From Caldisericota bacterium (GTDB lineage: Bacteria > CAIJMQ01 > JAADFP01): 33,611 bases of DNA. Position 1 is the stretch's first letter; every line of letters starts with the position of its first letter. Both the position numbers and the translations under genes were made by a program. The stretch covers positions 1 to 33,611 of the forward strand of contig JAADFP010000045.1 in the NCBI GenBank assembly GCA_013152825.1, in the 5' to 3' direction. The notes below the pieces were generated by a model, which ran no database searches, had not been told where the DNA came from, and saw only the letters and a list, made by a program, of their open reading frames with translations. Below, piece after piece: positions 1 to 9,562 of the stretch.

Positions 1-37
1 AAAAAATGTCCCATGTCATGGGTTGACCCAGATGCCT

Positions 38-1639
<1,602 letters not shown>

Positions 1640-1640
<1 letters not shown>

Positions 1641-2959
1641 TGTTTGACAATCTTAGAACCAGGCTTTCGAAAATATTTAAGAAGTTAAAGGGCGAGGCAT
1701 TTCTCAGTGAGAAGAACATTGAAGAGGCCCTCAAAGAGGTCAGGATTGCTCTCCTGGAAGCAGATGTAAACTACAGAGTAGTAAGAGAATTCCTCACCCT
1801 TACCCGGGAAAAAGCTCTGGGGAAACGGGTGCTAAACAGTGTGAGCCCTGCCCAGCAATTTATAAAGATTGTGCATGAGGAATTGGTAAAAATACTGGGT
1901 GAACAGGCTACTGGTTTACTTACGGCTCCCGTACCCCCATCCATATACATGTTGGTAGGAATTCAGGGAAGCGGAAAAACGACTACCTGTGCAAAACTGG
2001 GATTAATACTAAAGAATAAAGGAAGGAAAGTTCTCCTGGCTGCCACTGATACTCAACGTCCTGCGGCAAGAGAACAATTAAAAATGCTGGGAGAAAAGAT
2101 AGGCGTTCCCACTTTCACGGAAGGAAGAACCCCCCTGGAAATTGCTTTAAGTGCTCTCAAAACTTCCCGTAAGTTAGGGTGTAACGTTGTACTCCTGGAT
2201 ACACAGGGAAGATTGCAGGTAGAGGAAGAGTTAATGAAAGAGCTGGAAGTTATGAGGGACAGGATTAAGCCCACAGAAATACTTTTAGTGGCAGATGCCA
2301 TGACCGGACAGGAAGCAGTAAATATAGCCAGTACATTTAATGAACGGCTTTCTCTGGACGGAATAATATTAACCAAGGTAGATAGTGATGCCAGAGGGGG
2401 AGCCGCTCTCTCTATGAGAATGGTTACAGGTTGTCCGATAAAATTTATAGGCACGGGAGAAAAAATCCAGGACATGGAAGCCTTTTACCCGGATAGAATA
2501 GCTTCCCGGATTTTAGGCATGGGAGACATAGTTACCCTGGTAGAAAAGGCAGAGGCTGTTGAGTCTGAGGAAGACGAACGCATGCTGAAGAGACTGAAAG
2601 CAAACGAATTTAACCTGGAAGATTTTCTCCTCTACCTGCAAAAAATGAAGAGTATGGGGCCCCTCTCTAAGTTGCTGGACTATCTGCCGGTAGAGCAAAA
2701 GGTAAGGGATATAGGACTTGATGATAAGCATTACAAGAGGGTAGAAGCAATAATTCTCTCCATGACACGGGAGGAGAGAGCAGAACCCCGAATAATTGAT
2801 GGCAGCAGGAAAAAAAGGATAGCCAGAGGAAGCGGGACCTCGGTGCAACAGGTGAATCAATTACTGAAACAATTTCAATTCGCCAAGAAACGAATGAAAG
2901 AAATGGTAAAATACGGACATCTTATCAAAAGAAAAGGATGGTTACCTAAGTTAGGATAA
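1640..2959 (+). CDS. ffh: signal recognition particle protein Ffh
   Basis: SRP54 G-domain motifs GIQGSGKTTT, DTQGR, TKVDSDARGG; Met-rich M domain; TAATG overlap with the upstream gene. Confidence 0.97.
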
Positions 2960-2971
2960 AAGGAGGAAATA

Positions 2972-3208
2972 ATGGCAGTAAGGATTAGACTGTTTCGTAC
3001 AGGGAAAAAACATTTCCCTTCTTATCGTATAGTGGCCGCTGATAGTCGTTCCCCCAGGGATGGGAAATTCCTGGAAACACTCGGCTCTTACGATCCCAAA
3101 GAAGATCCACCCCGGGTAAGCGTGGATATGGAAAGGTTGAAGTACTGGCTGGAAAAGGGAGCACAAATGAGCACGACGGTGAAAAGCCTTATCAAGAAAG
3201 CTTCATGA
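2972..3208 (+). CDS. rpsP: 30S ribosomal protein S16
   Basis: 78 aa starting MAVRIRL.R.G.K..P.YRIV, a typical bS16 N-terminus; SD AAGGAGG upstream. Confidence 0.95.
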   Translation: MAVRIRLFRTGKKHFPSYRIVAADSRSPRDGKFLETLGSYDPKEDPPRVSVDMERLKYWLEKGAQMSTTVKSLIKKAS

Positions 3209-3945
3209 TTTTTTATGTATTGACAATATTTCCCGAATTTTTTTATCCGTTTTTAGAAAAAGGGATAGTTGCCAAAGGCATAGAGAGAAAGAAGTTAGAA
3301 ATACGCATTAAAAATTTGCGGGATTTCACCAAAGATAAGAGAAGGACAGTGGATGATTACTCGTTTGGAGGCGGCGGCATGGTTTTGAAACCAGAGCCGG
3401 TATTTTTAGCTATGGATGAGGTTAATAAAGAATTTAAAAATAAGAAGAGAGTAGTTCTTCTTACTCCGCAAGGGGAAATTTTTACCCAGAGGAAAGCAGA
3501 AGAATTTGCCCGGGAGAAGGCACTTGTCCTGATATGCGGACGATATGAAGGCGTGGATGAAAGAATCAGAGAGACGTTGATTACCGATGAGATATCCATT
3601 GGTGACTATGTGCTGGCAGGAGGAGAACTTCCCTCCCTGGTAGTGATAGAAACAATATCCCGCATTATACCGGGGGTTTTGGGGAAAGAAAGATCCTACG
3701 AAGAAGATTCTTTTACCCAGCCCTTTTTAGATTGGCCGCATTACACGCGTCCCAGGGAATTCCGCGGGAAGCAGGTCCCCGAGATACTCTTAAGCGGGAA
3801 CCACCAGGAGATAAAGAAATGGAGGCTAAAAGAAGCTTTGAAAAGGACCCTGCAAAGACGGCCTGATTTACTCAAAGAGGAACTTTTAGATAAAGAAACG
3901 GGAAAGATACTGAGAGAAGTAAAAAGAGAAAGGAGGCTCGGATGA
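3205..3945 (+). CDS. trmD: tRNA (guanine37-N1)-methyltransferase
   Basis: 246 aa; [23 protein letters not shown] and [11 protein letters not shown] motifs of TrmD; 4-nt overlap with rpsP. Confidence 0.95.
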   Translation: MIFYVLTIFPEFFYPFLEKGIVAKGIERKKLEIRIKNLRDFTKDKRRTVDDYSFGGGGMVLKPEPVFLAMDEVNKEFKNKKRVVLLTPQGEIFTQRKAEEFAREKALVLICGRYEGVDERIRETLITDEISIGDYVLAGGELPSLVVIETISRIIPGVLGKERSYEEDSFTQPFLDWPHYTRPREFRGKQVPEILLSGNHQEIKKWRLKEALKRTLQRRPDLLKEELLDKETGKILREVKRERRLG

Positions 3946-4307
3946 ATATACAGGAATTGGTAGAGAAAGAAAAAATGCGGGAAGATATCCCGGAATTTCA
4001 GGTAGGAGATACAGTCAAGGTATACACAAAAATCTTCGAAGGGGGAAAAGAAAGGGTGCAGGTTTTCGAGGGCATAGTAATTCGTAGACGCGGAGGAGGA
4101 TTGCGTGAAACCTTTACTGTGCGGCGCTCAAGTCATGGTGAAGGGGTAGAAAGAATATTTCCCCTGCATGCTCCTATAATAGAAAAGATTGAGGTAACCC
4201 GCAAAGGCAGAGTAAGACGCGCCAAACTTTACTACCTGAGAAAAGTAAGGGGTAAGAAATTAAAGGTAAAAGAAAGAACCCAGAGACGAGAAGTAAATAG
4301 TAAATAG
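3942..4307 (+). CDS. rplS: 50S ribosomal protein L19
   Basis: 121 aa; FQVGDTVKV...[12 protein letters not shown] core of bL19; the last 4 codons and the stop lie inside the heptad repeat. Confidence 0.95.
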   Translation: MNIQELVEKEKMREDIPEFQVGDTVKVYTKIFEGGKERVQVFEGIVIRRRGGGLRETFTVRRSSHGEGVERIFPLHAPIIEKIEVTRKGRVRRAKLYYLRKVRGKKLKVKERTQRREVNSK

Positions 4308-4395
4308 TGAGTTGATTCCATAGTATCTTAGTTTCTGGGGTTTATCTTTTGGATTTATTTAGGATTTAGAGTTTTGTGTTTGGAGTTTTTAATAA
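4291..4395 (+). repeat. heptad-periodic modular intergenic element, locus A (NAGTAAA block followed by a T/G-rich xxxxTTT block)
   Basis: 15 in-phase 7-mers from 4291; no C in 4347-4404; the 17-mer at 4358-4374 is repeated exactly (inverted) at 27418-27434. Confidence 0.8.
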
Positions 4396-4983
4396 AGGTG
4401 GAATCTATACCCAGGAGGAATCTGGGAAAAAGGATACACCTTTATAGCCGGGATAGACGAGGTAGGAAGAGGACCGCTGGCCGGGCCAGTAGTTGCAGGT
4501 GCAGTAATTCTGAGACCTTTTACCTACATAGATAAACTCAAAGACTCAAAAAAACTTACTCCTGGAAAGAGGGAAGAATTTTTCGCTCTAATTGTAAATA
4601 ACTGCATAGACTGGGCAGTGGGTATAGTAGAAGCTCGGGAAATAGAAAGGATAAATATTCTCCAGGCTTCAAAATTAGCCATGCAGCAAGCCATAAAAAA
4701 CCTCAGACAGAAGCCGGATTTTCTCCTCATAGACGCAGTAAAACTTACTTCTGAAACACCTTCCAAATCAATAATAAGAGGCGATGAAATCTCAGCTTCC
4801 ATCGCCTGTGCCTCAATAATAGCCAAGGTAATGAGAGATAGATTAATGGATAACTTATCCCTTATCTTTCCCCAATACGGCTTCGAAAAGCATAAGGGAT
4901 ACCCTACAAAATTCCACCGGGAGAAAATCGCAGAGCATGGATTAACTCCCATACACCGGAAAACCTTCAAGTTTAAAAAGTAG
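4396..4983 (+). CDS. rnhB: ribonuclease HII; 5' end unresolved (no in-frame ATG/GTG/TTG before codon GTG 4618)
   Basis: The frame is open from 4396 and reads ..IWEKGYTFIAGIDEVGRGPLAGPVVAGAVIL..DSKKLT..ASIIAKV.RD..M..GFEKHKGY, spanning the full RNase HII core. The ORF track reports only the C-terminal 121 aa. Confidence 0.8.
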   Translation, partial: RWNLYPGGIWEKGYTFIAGIDEVGRGPLAGPVVAGAVILRPFTYIDKLKDSKKLTPGKREEFFALIVNNCIDWAVGIVEAREIERINILQASKLAMQQAIKNLRQKPDFLLIDAVKLTSETPSKSIIRGDEISASIACASIIAKVMRDRLMDNLSLIFPQYGFEKHKGYPTKFHREKIAEHGLTPIHRKTFKFKK

Positions 4984-4985
4984 AA

Positions 4986-5393
4986 TTGAAAGGTCATTTA
5001 GTCAGATTCTTTTCCCTATTTAAAAAAGCACCTACTTTAAAGAGAGGTGTACAGGGAGAAAAACTGGCAGAGAAATTCCTGCATAGGAAAGGCTTGAAAA
5101 TATTGCAGAGAAACTTCCGGATAAGAGGGGGAGAAATAGATATCATTGCAGAAGATAACGAGACTACTGTTTTTATAGAAGTAAAGACCCGCTCCACGGA
5201 CTCCTTCGGCAGTGCGGGGGAGAGTATAAACTACTACAAGAGGAAAAGCTTGCGGAAAACTGCTCTTTTCTATCTTAAAAAGAAGGGACGTCCTTTTAAG
5301 GCCAGGTTTGACGTAATATATGTAAATCTGCACTCTGATAACCGGCTAAAAGCTATCGAATGGATTAAAAATGCTTTCCCATTTGAGGAATGA
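4986..5393 (+). CDS. YraN family (UPF0102) endonuclease-like protein
   Basis: 135 aa with GE.LA..FL...G..IL.RN.R..GGEIDIIA.D....VFIEVKTR, the YraN signature; TTG start 2 nt after the rnhB stop. Confidence 0.8.
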   Translation: MKGHLVRFFSLFKKAPTLKRGVQGEKLAEKFLHRKGLKILQRNFRIRGGEIDIIAEDNETTVFIEVKTRSTDSFGSAGESINYYKRKSLRKTALFYLKKKGRPFKARFDVIYVNLHSDNRLKAIEWIKNAFPFEE

Positions 5394-5400
5394 CAGGGAA

Positions 5401-5630
5401 AGACTATACACTCAAGACTTTAGACTATAGACCGTAGACGGGAGGAATTAGTTAGTAGCGAGTAGATAGTAGTGGGTAGCGAGGAAAGGAGTGGTAAGCA
5501 GTGAACAGTGAATAGTAAGCAGTTATGAGAAAATCCCAAATCCCTCCTGATGAAACATCGGGATCGGGAGGCGGAATTGGCAACTAACAACACCTATCTG
5601 CATGCGGCTCGCCCACGCAGGATAACTTTA
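5401..5630 (+). repeat. heptad-periodic modular intergenic element, locus B
   Basis: 28 in-phase 7-mers across 5401-5596 followed by an imperfect hairpin at 5595-5624; shares 12-19-nt exact words with loci C and D. Confidence 0.85.
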
Positions 5631-5653
5631 TCCCCATCCCTCAAAGAAAATCT

Positions 5654-6415
5654 TCACTTTAGCTGGGGGAAAAGAGAGAAGAAATTTTCCGTGGTAATGC
5701 GGGCAATATCTTCTTCCGGGATTCCTTTTAATTCCGAAAGCATTCGCAAAGGAAGAACCACTTCCAGCGGAGTAGTAGGTTTACCTTTATAGGGCACCGG
5801 GCTGTCAGTTTCCAGGATTAACCTATCTATAGGCGCTCTCTCAATCACTCTTTTATAACCATGACTGTAGCCTATGGCCGGATTAACCGAAAGATACCCC
5901 CCGGCAGAAACTATATCCCCTACCAGAGAAGGACTGCCCGAAAACCAGTGAAATATTGCTCTTTCCACTTCCATTTCTTTCACTATTTCCACACAATCCC
6001 TAACTGCCCGACGAGAATGGATAATCACCGGTTTTTGATATTCTATGGCCAGGGAGAGAAGTTTTTTAAAAACCTCTTTCTGTCTGTCTGGTTCCTCCTC
6101 TCCCTTGTAATCCAGGCCAATTTCACCCAGAGCCACAACAAACTCAATATGCTCTTTTAACCAGGAAATTTCTTCTTCTACTTTCAGGTTACCCAAAAGA
6201 AAGGGATGAAGTCCTATGGCTGGATATACCAGGCCTGGAAATTTCCGGGAAATTTCCAGTATCTTCTGGTTTGAAATCATTTCCTCCCCTACCCCCAATA
6301 CCACTATCCCTTTCCTATCGCACTCTGCCAGCACACTTTCTACCCGGGGAATATCGTAAAGGTGAGAATGAGTATCCACCAGGAATACAGGCTTCTCTCT
6401 TTTTAAAAATTGCAT
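5654..6415 (-). CDS. tatD: TatD family metal-dependent hydrolase/DNase
   Basis: 253 aa; VDTHSHL N-terminus, GEIGLDY, HSR and ETDSP motifs of the TatD family. Confidence 0.85.
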   Translation of the reverse strand: MQFLKREKPVFLVDTHSHLYDIPRVESVLAECDRKGIVVLGVGEEMISNQKILEISRKFPGLVYPAIGLHPFLLGNLKVEEEISWLKEHIEFVVALGEIGLDYKGEEEPDRQKEVFKKLLSLAIEYQKPVIIHSRRAVRDCVEIVKEMEVERAIFHWFSGSPSLVGDIVSAGGYLSVNPAIGYSHGYKRVIERAPIDRLILETDSPVPYKGKPTTPLEVVLPLRMLSELKGIPEEDIARITTENFFSLFPQLK

Positions 6416-6427
6416 GAAATCTTCCAG

Positions 6428-6913
6428 CTATAGGGAAATGATTTTTGCTTCCAGAGCTTCCGGGTCAAGGAGAGCTATAGTGGACTCCTGGCTCAACCAG
6501 CCGCCGCATTCCCCCGGGTTTATCACCAGGGAATGGCCCAGTTGTTTTATTTCCTGCTTATGGGTATGCCCGTAAATGAGAATGTCAATATCCCCTGATT
6601 TTGCCAGAGAAGGAACCAGGTCTCCTTTGTGGGTTAAAAATATTCTTTTACCCTCCACCTCTCCCAGGAAAAAGTCTTCGTGAATTTCTCCCAGGTTTTT
6701 ATAGGCTTTCTTTAAGCCGATTTTTTCTCCATCGTTATTGCCAAAAACTCCAATAAGCTTACCATCAAATCCTTCAAATAACCGCACTGTAAAAGGCGAG
6801 ATAAAGTCTCCCGCATGAAAAATGATTTTCACCTTCTGTTGTCTAAAAATATTTATTGCCTTCTTTAAGGAAGACAGGTTATCATGCGTATCAGAGATTA
6901 TTCCCCATTTCAT
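6428..6913 (-). CDS. MJ0936/YfcE family metallophosphoesterase
   Basis: 161 aa; SDTHDN, HAGD, GNND and GHTH motifs of calcineurin-like phosphoesterases. Confidence 0.8.
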   Translation of the reverse strand: MKWGIISDTHDNLSSLKKAINIFRQQKVKIIFHAGDFISPFTVRLFEGFDGKLIGVFGNNDGEKIGLKKAYKNLGEIHEDFFLGEVEGKRIFLTHKGDLVPSLAKSGDIDILIYGHTHKQEIKQLGHSLVINPGECGGWLSQESTIALLDPEALEAKIISL

Positions 6914-7734
6914 GTTGATGCCTCCTTTCCACTCCAGAATTTTAAGATTATTTCCCTGATTACTGTTGCTCCCAGAACCGAGGTAATATGAGCGCCTTCC
7001 AGGAGGGGATTCAATTCCACTATGTCAAAACCTATAAGCTCAAAAGGAGGAAGACGGTTTAGCCATTTTAAGAATTCCGGGAAGTAAATTCCACCTGGTT
7101 CAGGGTTACTCACTGCTGGAGCAATTGAGGGATCGAATACATCCATATCTATACTCAGGTATACTTTATCTTCTTCTTTTAATGGGAGTTTTTTTTCCAT
7201 GGGAAAGAAGGAGATTTCTTTCTCCTCTACTGCCACAGACCTGATACCCACCGGGATAATTTCTCTTCCACTCTCTTTTAGTCTCCTCATTACTGTGGCA
7301 TGATTAAGCAAGGAACCTTTCCAGGAATTGCGAGAATCAAGGTGTGCATCCAGATGTAGTATTCTTATTCCCGCAGGTAAGTTTTTTACTACAAAATAGG
7401 TGATTGAGTGATCCCCTCCTATAGTAATAATTTTCTTTCTCATGTTTAGAAGGGGAAGCATGTGGTTTTCTACGCGGGAAAGAATTTCTTCTTCTTTTTC
7501 CAGGGGAGAGAGAGGAAGATTTGCCAGATCAGAAATAGGGATACTCTCAAGATTCTTCTTCTGATAAGGAGAATAAGATTCTATTAACCAGGAAGCTTCT
7601 CTTATCTTATTAGGCGCCAGAACAGTGCCCGGAATAGAAGTGGTTAATTCGTAAGGAAAACCTGTAATTACTACTCTGGATTCTTCTGCCGTGGAGGTAG
7701 CAGAAAGAAAAGTAAATTTAGAGTAAGGTTTCAT
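6910..7734 (-). CDS. speB: agmatinase (ureohydrolase family)
   Basis: 274 aa; GGDHSIT, LDAHLD and SIDMDVFDP motifs of the arginase/agmatinase fold; lies in the polyamine operon. Confidence 0.85.
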   Translation of the reverse strand: MKPYSKFTFLSATSTAEESRVVITGFPYELTTSIPGTVLAPNKIREASWLIESYSPYQKKNLESIPISDLANLPLSPLEKEEEILSRVENHMLPLLNMRKKIITIGGDHSITYFVVKNLPAGIRILHLDAHLDSRNSWKGSLLNHATVMRRLKESGREIIPVGIRSVAVEEKEISFFPMEKKLPLKEEDKVYLSIDMDVFDPSIAPAVSNPEPGGIYFPEFLKWLNRLPPFELIGFDIVELNPLLEGAHITSVLGATVIREIILKFWSGKEAST

Positions 7735-8575
7735 TTCTCAGGGATAACTCTTTTTCCACAAAATTAGGCAGAGCAAATGCAGCACGATGAATAGATGGAT
7801 TATAGTATCTCAGTTCCTGGTTAAAACGCTCCCAATAATCTTGCAGGAAATCTTCCAGGGGAGAATATTTCTTGCTTCCCAGGGTAAAAGTCCATATCCC
7901 TCCCGGATAGGTTGGTATAGGAGCCCAGTAGAGATAGGTTTGGGGAAAAGATTTTTTTATCTTCCAGTATATATCCTTTACCAGTTGAGGATTATTTATA
8001 ACCGATTCACTCTGCACTATGAGAATTCCCCCTTCGTTCAAAGATTTGCTCACCATTTCGTAAAATTCTGAAGTGAACAACCCCTGGCTAACTTCAGAAG
8101 GGTCTGTAGAATCTATTATTATAATATCGTAGTAATTCTTTTTCTTATTTATAAATTCGCCGCCATCTTCAACATGAATTTTCACCCTGCGGTCAGATAA
8201 TTTCTCGCTCAGGTGAGGAAAGTACTGGCGAGAGATTTCTATAACCGCTTTATCTATTTCGCATAGGTCTATCTCTTTTACCTTTTTATGGCGGGTTATT
8301 TCTCTTACTGTACCGCCATCTCCCCCTCCTATTACCAGAATCCTCTGCGGGCTGGGATGTATAAAAAGAGCAGGATGAGTTATCATTTCATGATAGATGA
8401 ATTCATCTTTTTCAGTAAGCATAACTTTGCCGTCGAGAAGTAACACTTTTCCCCAATCAGGTGTTTCCAAAACATCTATTCTCTGGTATTTACTGTAATC
8501 AGAGTATAACACTTTCTCCACCCGGAAAGACAAACGGGTATGATCAGTATGTTCTTCGCTGAACCAGAGTTCCAT
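7718..8575 (-). CDS. speE: spermidine synthase
   Basis: 285 aa; LWFSE..., VLVIGGGDGGTVREI and IIIDSTDP motifs. Confidence 0.93.
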   Translation of the reverse strand: MELWFSEEHTDHTRLSFRVEKVLYSDYSKYQRIDVLETPDWGKVLLLDGKVMLTEKDEFIYHEMITHPALFIHPSPQRILVIGGGDGGTVREITRHKKVKEIDLCEIDKAVIEISRQYFPHLSEKLSDRRVKIHVEDGGEFINKKKNYYDIIIIDSTDPSEVSQGLFTSEFYEMVSKSLNEGGILIVQSESVINNPQLVKDIYWKIKKSFPQTYLYWAPIPTYPGGIWTFTLGSKKYSPLEDFLQDYWERFNQELRYYNPSIHRAAFALPNFVEKELSLRNETLL

Positions 8576-8579
8576 GATG

Positions 8580-9047
8580 TTATTTCCAGAGTACTACGCC
8601 GGCAAACACAGCTCCCACTTTGATAACCCTATGTTCAACGGAAATGGATAGGATACGAGAAATGGGTTCTTTTCTTATAGCCATTCCTTCCTCAACCATC
8701 TCGCATGCTTTTCTCTCTATTTCTGAGGAAGTACCTTTCCCTGAAACTTCCATGATTAACCCCGGCTTGCTGTTATCCTGTGGTACAGCTACAGATACTG
8801 CTGCAGCAATCACCTCTCCCGGTTCGTCAGAGGTAAGTGCCGCATAAGCCACAGGCACCAGTACCCCAAAGGGAAGGGTAATCGGCTCTATTTCATTACA
8901 AGCAGGCGGCAGTATACTGGAAACTTTTAAGAGGTTGGTATTACCAACCCCGGAATCCAGCAATGCCGCATCAAAAGCCGTTAGGGGAAAAGAGGCTTCC
9001 CCCTCCCCTCTTACCAAGAAAAACTTCGTGGGGGTTTCAAAAACCAT
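8580..9047 (-). CDS. pdaD: pyruvoyl-dependent arginine decarboxylase
   Basis: [39 protein letters not shown] is the PdaD signature and includes the SS self-cleavage site. I chose the ATG at 9047 rather than the ORF-track start at 9080. Confidence 0.85.
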   Translation of the reverse strand: MVFETPTKFFLVRGEGEASFPLTAFDAALLDSGVGNTNLLKVSSILPPACNEIEPITLPFGVLVPVAYAALTSDEPGEVIAAAVSVAVPQDNSKPGLIMEVSGKGTSSEIERKACEMVEEGMAIRKEPISRILSISVEHRVIKVGAVFAGVVLWK

Positions 9048-9450
9048 AACAAGCTTTATCAGCCTGGGACAAGGTCCCACTTTCCGATACCGCTGCCACC
9101 TCTTCCAGATTTCCTCTTCTCACCTCCATGGCAGAAAAATTCTCTGCCTGGAGGGATTCTTTAAGGTATCGGAGAGCTTTCCAGGGGTCAACCACCTTGC
9201 CGCAAGTGAAAACATCTACTGCCGCATATCCATACTCAGGCCAGGTGTGAATAGAAAGATGCGATTCCGCAATAACTACCACACCGCTTACGCCATGAGG
9301 CTGGAAGGGATGAAAAAAACTGCCCAGGATAGTAGCACCGCTTTCCAGGGCAGCCTCTTTCATGATATTTTCGATCTTGGCAAGGTCGTTGAGCACTTCG
9401 GGGTTACAATGGTAGAATTCCCCCAGAACATGTCTTCCCAGTGCTTTCAA
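9037..9450 (-). CDS. speH: S-adenosylmethionine decarboxylase proenzyme (short SpeH type)
   Basis: [14 protein letters not shown]...[40 protein letters not shown] chose the TTG start at 9450, 7 nt after an AAGGAGG SD; the ORF-track start at 9516 has no SD. Confidence 0.88.
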   Translation of the reverse strand: MKALGRHVLGEFYHCNPEVLNDLAKIENIMKEAALESGATILGSFFHPFQPHGVSGVVVIAESHLSIHTWPEYGYAAVDVFTCGKVVDPWKALRYLKESLQAENFSAMEVRRGNLEEVAAVSESGTLSQADKACYGF

Positions 9451-9562
9451 CTTATCCCCTCCTTTCTCCAAGACGTTGTTAAAAAAAACAATTACCGAGG
9501 TGCATAATTTTACCAAATTTTTTACAAAATGTGTCCCTAAAATAGCTTTTGTCTATCCGTTT

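Noticed and set aside
5547-5553. CUGAUGA word (also at 27901-27907) reminiscent of the hammerhead ribozyme core
   Set aside because: I found no stem II followed by GAAA, and no stems I/III or a cleavage-site context around either copy. The word is part of a shared 12-mer of the repeat family.
5550-5792. 80-aa plus-strand ORF spanning locus B and the tatD 3' end
   Set aside because: It starts inside the repeat and runs antisense to tatD, so it is spurious.
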